From IMG/VR virus record IMGVR_UViG_3300033513_000004, positions 2,053 through 66,052 of that record: a stretch of 64,000 nucleotides of DNA; one strand, given 5' to 3'. Under the pieces are notes generated by a model. It saw only the letters and a program-made list of their open reading frames with translations. It had not been told where the DNA came from and did no database searches. Positions 48,210 to 57,444 of this stretch are shown in pieces. Each line of letters begins with the position of its first letter. Position 1 is the stretch's first letter. This stretch comes from a virus. Taxonomy: Duplodnaviria > Caudoviricetes. Position numbers and translations under genes: made by a program.

Positions 48210-48798
48210 GGCTTGGCATCAGGACTGCGATGATGATTAGGAGGAGATTACCCCCGTAGATTATGAGGTAGACCCAGTGCTCAATTTCCATTGAGTCTAC
48301 CCACATTCAGAATTCCAAGGACTGAGGACTTAGCTGCCTTGAAGCAGGGACCCAATCCTATGTCCTCATACCCCTGCCTCCTGAGTACCCATTGCTCATC
48401 CTCCTCCGCTACGAGCTTGAGGATTAGTGCATCTGGGTACAGGGATTGGATTCTCCGGGTGAGATAGCCGTCTACGTGCTCTCTCATGTAGCATTCACGC
48501 CTGGCTCCAGGGCCTCCCTGATACGTCGAACCAACTGACACTGACAATACGCGCACGTGTAGTTGTTGTCGATACTATCGTGTAGATCGGACACCTCTAA
48601 AAGTAGAAACCTTAATTTCAGGTTCTCGGCCTTCAAGGCTTCAGCGCGTGCGGTTTGTCTCCCGGCTATCCCAAGTAACGTCTGACTGCTGGTCTTCATC
48701 ATTTCAGGGCCTCCTTCATTTCATCCACCGCACAGCGCAGGTCCCACATCCAACGCTTCTTCCCAGCCGGTGCGCAAGAGATCATGTCTCCTCCCCCC

Positions 48799-49143
48799 TC
48801 AACTCGGTGGAGATAAAGCCCGGTAGGCGTAGCACTCGAAGGTACACGTCTCCTCACCTACATGGACCATCTTGCTCCCAGGATCGACCGTGATCGTCGG
48901 GTGGTTCAGGTCCGGGACGGTCTCGTAGGGCGCGATCCCGAAGCCCGTCTCCTCCATTTCGTACCCCTTGACCATCTCGCAGAAGATGATTCTGGCAAGG
49001 TAGGACGGATCATCCCACCTCTTGCGTCCCCGGTCGAGCGCTCGGGCCACCATCTGCGAAAGTTCCGTCCCTCCCCAGTGCGTGTACAGGTATACGCTAT
49101 TCCCGTCGTCGTACTTGATCCGAACGTTTCCTCTGTCTCCCAT
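48799..49143 (-). CDS. phage hypothetical protein
   Basis: MGDRGNV...VYLYTHWGG...RWDDPSYLARIIFCEM. Confidence 0.6.
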   Translation of the reverse strand: MGDRGNVRIKYDDGNSVYLYTHWGGTELSQMVARALDRGRKRWDDPSYLARIIFCEMVKGYEMEETGFGIAPYETVPDLNHPTITVDPGSKMVHVGEETCTFECYAYRALSPPS

Positions 49144-49151
49144 AATCTACC

Positions 49152-49304
49152 TCAGCCTCTAACCTCCCTCCCACAAACCGTGCATCTGAGGACCCCCTCT
49201 TTGGACTTCCCAGCTCACAAGTTGAATACCCTCTTGGACTTACCGTACAGGTGATCCTGCCCCTCGTGGGGGCAGGTGCAGAACATGATTACAGTCTTGC
49301 TCAT
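49152..49304 (-). CDS. 50-aa zinc-finger protein interrupted by an in-frame TGA (49215-49217)
   Basis: MSKTVIMFCTCPHEGQDHLYGKSKRVFNL*AGKSKEGVLRCTVCGREVRG*. The CxCxH and CTVC halves are in the same frame. Confidence 0.6.
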
Positions 49305-49645
49305 TTGATATCCTCATGGTCGGGGCAGGGTTGCTCGTTGGGGAGTGGGGGATATCCTCTCCAGAATGGAGAGATAGGCCACTCCCAGGAATCCAACGGA
49401 CCGTTGTGAATCCAATAGCCCCCACAGCCTGGGCAATGGTGTCGATGGACTGATTCGGGGTAGTCAGGATCGGGCATTTCATCTCCATTTCAAGTGGCTG
49501 GATGCCCCCCATATAACTCTCGGCTCCAGCCCACCAGGCGCTTTAGGTACGCCTGGCCCCCGTTTAACCACCCAGTCTGGACGCTGAGGGGCGTCTCCCC
49601 TGGGGTAAAGTCCAAGGATTGGTACCATCCCAAGGACCCACTACC

Positions 49646-49674
49646 AATCTAGGCTCCCTACTTCTGGGTGTCAA
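49646..49674 (-). promoter_or_regulatory. promoter TTGACA-N17-TAGATT
   Basis: Exact hexamers. Confidence 0.7.
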
Positions 49675-50026
49675 GGGCTTTCCTCTGCTCTCGGAAGTAT
49701 GCAACGATGATCTTGGCTGCTTTCTTGTATTCTCCTGGTTGGAGCAACATCCTCGCCTCATGGATAGCATCCGTGACGGGTTGACAGGGAGTCCCTCCGC
49801 CATATCCACCTACATTGGTTCCTGGATAGATTACGATGTGATCCGATGTTCGATTCTCTGAGAATGTTACTCCCTCCCTGTCTGGAGGAAGCAACAAGTC
49901 AATCACCGTCCATCCCCTTTCCCTCCCATTGAAGTAAGGGATGGCATAGAACCGCCCCTTGATCCTAGCCTTAACCAACTCTGCTAGAATCCTGTCTGCA
50001 ACCTCTATGCTCATCTCGATTTTCAT
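49658..50026 (-). CDS. hypothetical protein
   Basis: MKIEMSIEVAD..., aaagga RBS. Confidence 0.55.
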   Translation of the reverse strand: MKIEMSIEVADRILAELVKARIKGRFYAIPYFNGRERGWTVIDLLLPPDREGVTFSENRTSDHIVIYPGTNVGGYGGGTPCQPVTDAIHEARMLLQPGEYKKAAKIIVAYFREQRKALDTQK

Positions 50027-50039
50027 GTTATCCTTTCGT

Positions 50040-50498
50040 ATGCCTAGACCCAAGACCGCCTATTGGAGCCTCAGCCCTAGACGAAGACATTTCGTGGATG
50101 CCTACATCGCATCTAACTTCAACGCCAGGATCGCCGCTCAGCGAGCCGGGTTTGGATCGCCGGAAGTCAAGGGCAATTACCTTGCTCGGGAAGTCCCCCA
50201 GATTCAAGATGCTATCGATGAACGCCTGCGGGAGTTGAGGAATACCCTCAGGATGGAAGCGGAGGAAGTTCTGGAGATCACGACGAAAGTCGCCCGTGAC
50301 TTCAAACACCCCGGTCAGATGCGAGCCCTTGAGATCCTGGGTAAGGTCCATGGCCTATTCTCCGATACACTCCCCTTCGAACTGGATAGGTCCAAGCTGC
50401 TCAGAGCTATTCATGCCGAGCTAGACCGTATCTCAGGGGGAGTCATAGATGCAGAGGCTAAGCTGATACCCGAGAACGTTGAAGGGAAGCCTAATTAG
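50040..50498 (+). CDS. terS: terminase small subunit
   Basis: RRHFVDAYIASNFNARIAAQRAGF HTH motif, then EAEEVL...RALEILGKVHGLF. Confidence 0.75.
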   Translation: MPRPKTAYWSLSPRRRHFVDAYIASNFNARIAAQRAGFGSPEVKGNYLAREVPQIQDAIDERLRELRNTLRMEAEEVLEITTKVARDFKHPGQMRALEILGKVHGLFSDTLPFELDRSKLLRAIHAELDRISGGVIDAEAKLIPENVEGKPN

Positions 50499-50712
50499 AC
50501 TCACCTAGACAGTCTCCGGTTTCGCTCCTCGAAGTTCACAATATCCCCAGACGGGATCATCCTGAAGGTCCCATCCCCCACGGGATCGCATCCGTAGTCT
50601 CCCCTACACTGCGTCGGAAGGTGCTCACGGATGATTCCTCCACTGGAGTCTAAGTGGTAGCCTCCAAGCACTACCAAGGGTTCTTTCGTGTCCTTGGCAA
50701 TAAACCTTCCCA

Positions 50713-50997
50713 TTAGTCCTCCTCCGGCATATCCGCTACCTCAGCATCATCCTCGGACGCGGACTCAGCATCCTCGCGGCAGTCGGGGCAGATAGCCTCA
50801 TCGTCGGGATCGTCGTCCCAGTATCCCCTGCCACATTCGTCGCAGGTAGGCTTAAAGTCGGACATCCCTCTCTCATATCTCCGTGGGTCCTCCCGTTTCA
50901 ACAGTTCCCAGAACTCATAGTGAGAGAATATCTCCATCTTCTCATCATCGCTCCAATCTTCCAACTCCTCATGATACTGATCTCGTGGGGTTGACAT
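50713..50997 (-). CDS. highly acidic early protein with Zn ribbon
   Basis: 94 aa, 35 D/E, CDEC and CPDC motifs. Confidence 0.6.
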   Translation of the reverse strand: MSTPRDQYHEELEDWSDDEKMEIFSHYEFWELLKREDPRRYERGMSDFKPTCDECGRGYWDDDPDDEAICPDCREDAESASEDDAEVADMPEED

Positions 50998-51013
50998 TAC
51001 TGATTCTCCTTTC

Positions 51014-51436
51014 TCAATCAACGTCGGGATAAGGCAGGAATACTCGGGATACGATTACGGGGGCTTCAAATTGCTCTCCTGTCGCTATTACCTGCTCGGC
51101 ACGACCGCGAATTACGCAGTATTGCCGAGGATATCGACCATGCTCCACGCGGTAGAGTTTGACACTTTCTAGGTATTTGTAGGCATCCTCCCGATTAGGG
51201 AATGAGTGAAAGGCTGTAGGGTATACCCCTTTATCCGTCTGAATCCAGTCATACCACTCCAACCCGACTTCCAACGACATTGAGCGGATTCCTGGTAGGA
51301 ATGGGTCTGGAATAGGTTGGCAGCGGTAGAAAACAGGGTACATCTCCCCATCTTTCCTCTTCTCTACAACCTTCCACACGTCTACTGCCTCAGGAAGTGG
51401 GGGATCGAATACTCCAATTACTTTGTCTAGGCACAT
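51014..51436 (-). CDS. hypothetical early protein
   Basis: 140 aa, YPTAFHSF..REDA. Confidence 0.55.
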   Translation of the reverse strand: MCLDKVIGVFDPPLPEAVDVWKVVEKRKDGEMYPVFYRCQPIPDPFLPGIRSMSLEVGLEWYDWIQTDKGVYPTAFHSFPNREDAYKYLESVKLYRVEHGRYPRQYCVIRGRAEQVIATGEQFEAPVIVSRVFLPYPDVD

Positions 51437-51699
51437 TACTGTTGCCTCACTAGTGTTGCTCCTCGCCTCGCCGCGTCGCGCGCAGCATCAAACCCGATAG
51501 GATAGAAGCCGCCTTGCTTCAACCAGTTGAGCAGGTCGTCGAACTTGTCCTCGGCTTCATTCCACTCACCGTCTGCCAATGCTTCCATGATCTTTTCCCA
51601 GCACGCGTCGGGATTCATGTGGAATCTCACTTCTTCCCCCTCTCATCAGGTTGCCGCGCCCGTGGGGAGGTGCTCTGCGGGCGCGGCACGGTTTTACCT

Positions 51700-51972
51700 T
51701 CACACCCACTCGAAGCCGAGCACCTGGAGCACGCAGCTTGCCCAGTCCCCAGCTTCGTCAGCAGCGGTGAAGTCTCCGCCGCACTCGTCGTCTCCGACGT
51801 TCCACTCCGCCACGGCTTTCTCCAGCTCGGCGTACAGCTCGCGCCGTGTGGCATCCCAGTCTCCTACGCGCTTGCAGTTGCGGATGTGGAACACCCTCCC
51901 TACCCCTGCATCTTCCCAGGCGTCCTCGAACGCCTCGAAACTGGGAAGCGTGCCATATGTCAGGCTCTTCAT
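51700..51972 (-). CDS. hypothetical early protein
   Basis: 90 aa ending AGDWASCVLQVLGFEWV. Confidence 0.6.
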   Translation of the reverse strand: MKSLTYGTLPSFEAFEDAWEDAGVGRVFHIRNCKRVGDWDATRRELYAELEKAVAEWNVGDDECGGDFTAADEAGDWASCVLQVLGFEWV

Positions 51973-51983
51973 GTCTTTGGCTC

Positions 51984-52229
51984 CTAGCTCAATTCCTCAA
52001 TCCTGTCCAGCGCCGACTTCTCGGAGTAGAACAGCCCACTCCTCGTCGGGGTGAAGTCTTCCCCGTCACCCCGTCGCACGGTTACGCCCCAGATAGGCCC
52101 CCCCAAGATACCCCTACCTGTGGACAACTCGGCGTATCCCTCTCGGAGTTTGTAGTGTCCGAGAATTGTTGGCGTCATGAAGTTACTACCCCGAAAGACG
52201 CCCCTAAGGGCGACCTTGATCTCTTTCAT
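51984..52229 (-). CDS. hypothetical early protein
   Basis: 81 aa, FMTPTILG...ELSTGRG...GVTV. Confidence 0.55.
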   Translation of the reverse strand: MKEIKVALRGVFRGSNFMTPTILGHYKLREGYAELSTGRGILGGPIWGVTVRRGDGEDFTPTRSGLFYSEKSALDRIEELS

Positions 52230-52251
52230 GTTTCTTCCCTCTGCCTAACAC

Positions 52252-53094
52252 TCAGGCAGCCAACCCAAATTGGCGCAGCATGTACCGGTTGAGGGACTTT
52301 CTCAGTTGATCGCAGCCTACGCCCCACGTTCTGCGCGTTGTCTCTCGGAGTTCTTGGCTTGCTTGGGTATCCCAGAAGCTTCCCAGATACCATAGAGCCG
52401 CCTTGGACACAGGGAATACTTCGGTGGCCCGAGAAAGCAGGGACGGCACGTAGTAGGATTCTTCCATGTGGTTAATGAGGTGCGAGGTGTCCTTGGTGTG
52501 CTCGCCCAGTGGAATGTGCGTGCTAACTTCTCGCATCCTGCAGAAGAAACAGTCCCCGTTGTCAGGAGGCGGGACTTCACCCTTCAATAGAGCCTCCATG
52601 TAGCGCGTCGTGTAGCGCCTGATACGGTTCTTTAGCTTGGTTTGGGCCTTAGGGTCCGGCCCCTCTCCCGTCACCTTGCCGTCTGGGTGAATCGTCATTC
52701 CGTCGCCGAATGGGTGACTCTCCCGCTCCGGGTCGCTCCAGTATCCCTTGTCTAGATACCAAACCCGGTTCTCCTGGTTAACCCGCCACCCGATCTGCTT
52801 TAGGTATCGGTTCAACCTCTCTTTCGTTGTGGGTGTTCTCCACCCACCCGAGTCGAGCCACACCGACCCGTCCGGCTTGGCCTTCAAGATGACAGTCGAG
52901 TGAAGGCGCACACCCAGCGTCCCATCGCCTACTACTTCTAGATACGTGTTGTTTGCCAACTTCCGGCCTCGGCCTCTGGCTACTTCTGCTAGGCGTTCGT
53001 ATACCGAAGTTCCCACGCTAACCCTCCCTGAGATGCCGCATGTAGACAACATCTCTCTCGACTGACTACCATTTCCAAGCCTTAACCCCGACAA
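52252..53094 (-). CDS. phage hypothetical protein
   Basis: VRLHSTVI...DSGGWRTPTTKERLN motif. True start is probably downstream of the track start. Confidence 0.6.
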   Translation of the reverse strand: MSGLRLGNGSQSREMLSTCGISGRVSVGTSVYERLAEVARGRGRKLANNTYLEVVGDGTLGVRLHSTVILKAKPDGSVWLDSGGWRTPTTKERLNRYLKQIGWRVNQENRVWYLDKGYWSDPERESHPFGDGMTIHPDGKVTGEGPDPKAQTKLKNRIRRYTTRYMEALLKGEVPPPDNGDCFFCRMREVSTHIPLGEHTKDTSHLINHMEESYYVPSLLSRATEVFPVSKAALWYLGSFWDTQASQELRETTRRTWGVGCDQLRKSLNRYMLRQFGLAA

Positions 53095-53127
53095 TCGAGG
53101 TAAGGCAGACCCAGATTAACAGTGCGG

Positions 53128-53766
53128 TTAGCATCCTAGAATCCTACGTACCTCGTCCTCTTGAAAGGCTTCCTCGTGAATAGCACCAAGCCAACGTTCA
53201 CGCTTGGTAACTTCCCGAGCCTCATGCTCGTCCTTCATTATCTGGTAGGATTCAAGGTGCTTCAGGTACTCGTTCCGCATTATCTCCGTAGCTTGGTCCT
53301 TCTTTACAAGCCACATGGCCTTAGCATGCTTGCTGTTTACCCGGTTGCCTGGGTATGCTCTTTTGTACTCGGTTCGGAAGAAAGAGAGCACATCCTTTTC
53401 AGTCGGTTCCGCTGGTTCACGCTGCCACCAGCTAGACCGACTCGGAGGATGTTCCCGTAACTCCCCAGTGTTCCAATCCCTGAGGTAGGATCGGAGCACG
53501 TTCAAGGCTGTCTCATAGTACCCATCGGGAGTCTTGATCCCCGAGTAGGTAGTGTAACAAGCTACACCATGTAGCAGGCTTCTGTAATATCCTGTCTCCC
53601 AGTCCCATCCCCAGGCGGCACGCAGACCACACGAGACGCGGTAGAATGGGACATTCTCGGGGTTATCGTCGGGACTGGGTACAAAGGCGTCAAATGCGGC
53701 AGAGAAGTAGTCAAGTCGGATAGCATGCGCCCGCGCGCTGGCTTTGTTCACTGCTTTACCTTTCAC
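53128..53766 (-). CDS. hypothetical early protein
   Basis: 212 aa directly downstream of a promoter. Confidence 0.55.
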   Translation of the reverse strand: MKGKAVNKASARAHAIRLDYFSAAFDAFVPSPDDNPENVPFYRVSCGLRAAWGWDWETGYYRSLLHGVACYTTYSGIKTPDGYYETALNVLRSYLRDWNTGELREHPPSRSSWWQREPAEPTEKDVLSFFRTEYKRAYPGNRVNSKHAKAMWLVKKDQATEIMRNEYLKHLESYQIMKDEHEAREVTKRERWLGAIHEEAFQEDEVRRILGC

Positions 53767-53770
53767 CTAG

Positions 53771-53798
53771 AATCTAGGCCAATCCCGGGGTTTGTCAA
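53771..53798 (-). promoter_or_regulatory. promoter TTGACA-N16-TAGATT
   Basis: Exact hexamers with a 16-bp spacer. Confidence 0.65.
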
Positions 53799-53937
53799 TG
53801 GGAGATTTTGCCCTATCCCTTCTCCCCCTACCACGAAAACAGCATCTTTCTTGTGGCAAGCTTAGCAGCCTGTCTAGGTCTGACCGGCTTTTTCCCGGTT
53901 CGAACCTTCCAGAACGTGGGCTTAGGTTGTCGTGGGA

Positions 53938-54207
53938 TTAGACGCATTCCTTACTCCCCTCAATCCAGTCGCCAAGCTTCAAGTAGATATAGTATGCAAC
54001 ACTCCCCCAAGCTGGCCCGCTGCTGAGACCGGGATGGTATGGTGACGTAGAAAGGGCGGAGTAGAGATTAGTCCACTGTCCACCGTGGTAGACATTGGCA
54101 ATCCAGTAGCACGCCTCCTCTACGTCAAACTCTGTAGCCTCTTCCCCGTAAGGTGCGGCAAACTCACGCGCCTTCTCTAGCAATTCTCCTCTGGTGGGGT
54201 CTTTCAT
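53938..54207 (-). CDS. phage hypothetical protein
   Basis: EEACYWIANVYHGGQWTNLYSAL. Start at MKDPT. Confidence 0.55.
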   Translation of the reverse strand: MKDPTRGELLEKAREFAAPYGEEATEFDVEEACYWIANVYHGGQWTNLYSALSTSPYHPGLSSGPAWGSVAYYIYLKLGDWIEGSKECV

Positions 54208-54226
54208 TTCTCTTTCTCTTACCTCT

Positions 54227-54254
54227 AATCTAGTGATTAGGGACGGCTTGTCAA
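54227..54254 (-). promoter_or_regulatory. promoter TTGACA-N16-TAGATT
   Basis: Exact hexamers with a 16-bp spacer. Confidence 0.65.
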
Positions 54255-54260
54255 GGCTTT

Positions 54261-54461
54261 TTACTTGGCCTTCTCGGTAAAGTCGTCCACCAGCTCGGAG
54301 TCGGAGAACTCGAATTGGTAGGCGATCACCTTGCCCTTGCACTCCTGGGCGTCGGCTTTCGCCGCTTCGTAGGCTGCGACCTGCGAGGGATAGCCATACG
54401 GCCCGTAGGCGTCACCTTCGTTCCCCTCGGCGTCCTCGACAACGTAGACTTCAATTTCCAT
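54261..54461 (-). CDS. small acidic early protein (paralog of 54789-55010)
   Basis: I.VY.VED..G......PY...S...AY.AA...A......VI...F.F pattern. Confidence 0.55.
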   Translation of the reverse strand: MEIEVYVVEDAEGNEGDAYGPYGYPSQVAAYEAAKADAQECKGKVIAYQFEFSDSELVDDFTEKAK

Positions 54462-54788
54462 GTGACTCCTCCGTACTACCCACAGTGGATAGCCACAGCG
54501 TATGGCTGTTCGGATGATGCTGTGCTAACTAAAGGTTGGCGTTGCGCTAGGAGAACATCAACGATACGAAACTCGGCGATGTTTGATACCTGCATTGGTG
54601 CTCTCTTTAGCAGCCAGCGTCCCTCTAGAGTCGCCTCAGCGGCGGACTGTACGTCAGGCCACGGCCCCGGGATGGTCCTTATGATGTCCAGTGGATCGGC
54701 CTTCAGGTCCGCCACTACTACTACGGCTTCTATTGGGTATTCCATCGTGACACCTCCGATGAAGGGGCGTTACCGCCTCCTCTAGGTT

Positions 54789-55010
54789 TCACCCTCCGTC
54801 CACGTAGCCTTCGACGATCAGGGGACTGTCCGGGTCCTTGATCCCATCGAACCGGAAAACCCAAACAATCACCCGAGCACGAGTCCGCTTGGCCTTTTCC
54901 TGTGCAGCCTTGTATGCGGCCTCCGGGCTGGCATGCTGGTATGGGTCAAGGATGGCCGTTACTTGGCCGTCCTCGTCCTCGACACCGTATACGTCAATGC
55001 TGTCTAGCAT
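54789..55010 (-). CDS. small early protein (paralog of 54261-54461)
   Basis: Shared pattern. Start at MLDSIDVYGVED. Confidence 0.55.
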   Translation of the reverse strand: MLDSIDVYGVEDEDGQVTAILDPYQHASPEAAYKAAQEKAKRTRARVIVWVFRFDGIKDPDSPLIVEGYVDGG

Positions 55011-55704
55011 CTCTTTACCTCTCAGTGACTTATTGGATATTCCACTACTTCGCGCCCCCTCGCTGCAGGGGTCAGCATGGGTTATTCGTAGTAGACCCCG
55101 CCAAGACTGCCCTTTACGCGAACCATCCCAAGGTCCCGGTAGGCGAGTCGGATTGCCCGTGCCTTCGCGTTGGCCTTGATAGTCTTGACTCGTCGCAAGC
55201 AAACCGGGCAAGTCTCGACGTTATGGGGGAATGGAACTTCGGCCATGTGACGGGACCATTCAGCCTTGGACACTTCCTTACCTCAATCGTCGGTCGGCGC
55301 GTCGGGCATAGTGCGCCGCACTAACGGCATGTTCAACAGCCAATTCCTCAAACGAGTACTGGAGGTTCTCCAAGTAATAGATAGCCCATGCTCCATGGAC
55401 GTCTCTCTTTTGTGCGTCCGTCATGGTGCCTGGTTTGGGCAATCCAAGCCAGTCTACGTAGTTAGGGGGTTTTCTCCGTGACATCTTCTTACCTCTCAGT
55501 CCCTTGGAGCGGTGTTGCAACTTTGTACCATTCTGAGCCTTCTACACTTCCCACAATGAGCGCCTCCCATTGCGGGAAGGGAAGAACGATCAGGATGAAT
55601 TTACAGCAACTGTCCCGACTCGGCCCACACTCCAAGATGCGCCAAGATCCGCAGGATGCGTACTCGGCAGGAGTTAGGGGTTTCATCTCTCACTCTCTAC
55701 AGGG

Positions 55705-55733
55705 AATATCGTCCTCCGCCCCCGATCTGTCAA
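55705..55733 (-). promoter_or_regulatory. leftward promoter TTGACA-N17-GATATT
   Basis: Upstream of the first leftward gene. Same hexamers as the promoter at 57185. Confidence 0.6.
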
Positions 55734-55829
55734 GCGAAACCTTTACGCCCAGCATGCTATCTTTACGCGCAATCCTTGCGCCCTGGACCTGGGTGTGTCA
55801 CTGTTGCCACACTGGAACCAGGCTGGCAT

Positions 55830-55952
55830 GTTACCATTACGTAACACGCAAACTATGCGACGTTACCTAACTCCCACGCAATCATTACGTTGCGCGCGTA
55901 ACGTCACATTGGCGTAACATCGCATGATCACATCACGTTACGAGATCGTAAC
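55830..55952. repeat. GTTAC/GTAAC cluster with two GTTAC-N6-GTAAC palindromes
   Basis: Seven pentamers in 123 bp. Palindromes at 55830-55845 and 55937-55952. Confidence 0.6.
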
Positions 55953-56104
55953 CCCCTCCCCCCACCCTTGGACTGGGCTGGAATGGCGATACGTTATACC
56001 TACCCCACACAAAAATATCCAATATTTTCAATGACTTACACCATTCTTTCGCCAACAACGATCCTGCAATGTTCATAGATCCTGCCCAGCGGGGTATTGA
56101 GTAT

Positions 56105-56158
56105 GTACTGTATATTCCGTGAAATCTCCTGTGACACAATCTACGAAATATACAGTAC
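56105..56158. repeat. 12-bp perfect inverted repeat
   Basis: gtactgtatatt at 56105-56116 and aatatacagtac at 56147-56158. Confidence 0.7.
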
Positions 56159-56300
56159 CTATTTTTCTGAGACTCCCTCGATCCATGTCGATGGGTCCCA
56201 TTTCCGGGAATATCGCAGAAATCGCAGAAAGTAGTTGCGTCTGGAGAGGCTGGGACCTATATTCCCAGTGGGAGATGGCTCCGATTGAGAGGGAAGGCGC

Positions 56301-56627
56301 ATGACAGAGAAGGAACGTGAAACCATGATGGGCGTGGTGATCCTAGCGTTCGACACCTTTGACAATCTGGCTGAGCGGGCGGAAGAGATGGTTCGCAACT
56401 ACCACAACAACTGCGATCCATCCAACCCCTGCTGGGATGATTGCAGTAGTAACTGGCGGGATGAGTGGCGCGAGATCCTTTGGCCAGTCTGGGCCGCTGC
56501 GTTTCATGAGGGTGCCAAGGCAGCGTCCACCTCCTGTGGAATGGCTCCCGACGAGGTACTCAGGGGGTTGGAGACCGAGTTTCGGGGCCTTGGTTACATC
56601 GGGAGGAGTGATGATAAATCTGGATGA
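56301..56627 (+). CDS. hypothetical protein
   Basis: 108 aa, gaggga RBS, first rightward gene after the non-coding junction. Confidence 0.55.
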   Translation: MTEKERETMMGVVILAFDTFDNLAERAEEMVRNYHNNCDPSNPCWDDCSSNWRDEWREILWPVWAAAFHEGAKAASTSCGMAPDEVLRGLETEFRGLGYIGRSDDKSG

Positions 56628-56850
56628 ACTGAACTGCATCTCTACGGTTGAATGGTTCTCAGACGGGATCTGGATTGATGGGGTAAAGGTGACAGACCCA
56701 GAGAAGGAGCGTCTGCTCTGGGAGGCCATCAGCCCATTTGGCCCGGACGACGGCCAGCCACACGGTAAGCCCGAAGTAGCCTGCACTCAGCGGATTACAG
56801 GCATCGACTACGAGAACCGGGTGGTTACCTATGAAGGAGGTCGGAGATGA
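56611..56850 (+). CDS. hypothetical protein
   Basis: MINLDELN..., ggagga RBS. Confidence 0.5.
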   Translation: MINLDELNCISTVEWFSDGIWIDGVKVTDPEKERLLWEAISPFGPDDGQPHGKPEVACTQRITGIDYENRVVTYEGGRR

Positions 56851-57068
56851 ATAAGCGGGAGGGGTATTCCCTTTCCGAGCAGTTGGAGTCTGGGGACTGG
56901 CGAATCAAGGTACGGCTGATGCTGGGTGGAGTCTGGCACGTCTGGGTTATGTTCAACGCAGACCGTGCGGACCGGGTGGTACTCGATGCATCCTGCGAGT
57001 CCCTGCATGACTTGCTCTCTGTGTGCGCCGACTACTTCCTTTCGGCCACCAAGGATCGACGTGGATGA
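56847..57068 (+). CDS. hypothetical protein
   Basis: 73 aa, ATGA overlap. Confidence 0.45.
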   Translation: MNKREGYSLSEQLESGDWRIKVRLMLGGVWHVWVMFNADRADRVVLDASCESLHDLLSVCADYFLSATKDRRG

Positions 57069-57184
57069 GCTTGGAGGATCTACGTGGACTCGAATAAGGA
57101 AATGACCCCAACTCCCCAAGTGGATAACTCCTAGACATCACTGTAGTTACCCAGGAAATGACTCTGGAAATGAGATAATCTCCC

Positions 57185-57213
57185 TTGACAAACTGGGTAC
57201 TGGACACGATATT
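57185..57213 (+). promoter_or_regulatory. promoter TTGACA-N17-GATATT
   Basis: Upstream of the structured RNA region and tRNA-Pro. Confidence 0.6.
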
Positions 57214-57321
57214 AGGGGTGCTTAGGTTCCCTGGGGGTGGGTGCAAAGCCCGCCCCGTTCCGCCGCTGGCCACGGGGAGACAGGTCGGGGAGAGTAAGAA
57301 TCTCCCCGTGGCCTTCGTTTT
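57214..57321 (+). ncRNA. candidate structured small RNA / leader
   Basis: Hairpin GGGGTGGG-TGCAAAG-CCCGCCCC, then a 13-bp stem (57268-80 / 57301-13) followed by TTCGTTTT. Confidence 0.4.
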
Positions 57322-57369
57322 GGGTCCCATATTCGAACACTTAGCGCAAGGTTTTGTGCCAGCTTTTGT

Positions 57370-57444
57370 GGGATCGTAGGGTAATGGTAACCCACCTGCT
57401 TTGGGAGCAGGCTCTTGGGGGTTCAAGTCCTCCCGATCCCACCA
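57370..57444 (+). tRNA. tRNA-Pro (anticodon UGG)
   Basis: Perfect cloverleaf: GGGATCG/CGATCCC, GGGT/ACCC, CCTGC-TTTGGGA-GCAGG, TTCAAGT loop, and CCA. Confidence 0.9.

Noticed and set aside
56105-56158. LexA/SOS box (CTGT...ACAG)
   Set aside because: The half-sites are about 30 bp further apart than CTGT-N8-ACAG. Kept only as an inverted repeat.
28500-56300. Integrase or repressor (temperate lifestyle)
   Set aside because: No tyrosine or serine recombinase or CI-like HTH was recognised. The small missing part of the genome lies between portal and scaffold.
57268-57313. SRP (4.5S) or tmRNA identity for the structured RNA
   Set aside because: CAGG followed by a purine loop is only superficially like SRP helix 8. 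The UCC-GGAA-GGA-AGCA consensus and tmRNA ends are not matched.
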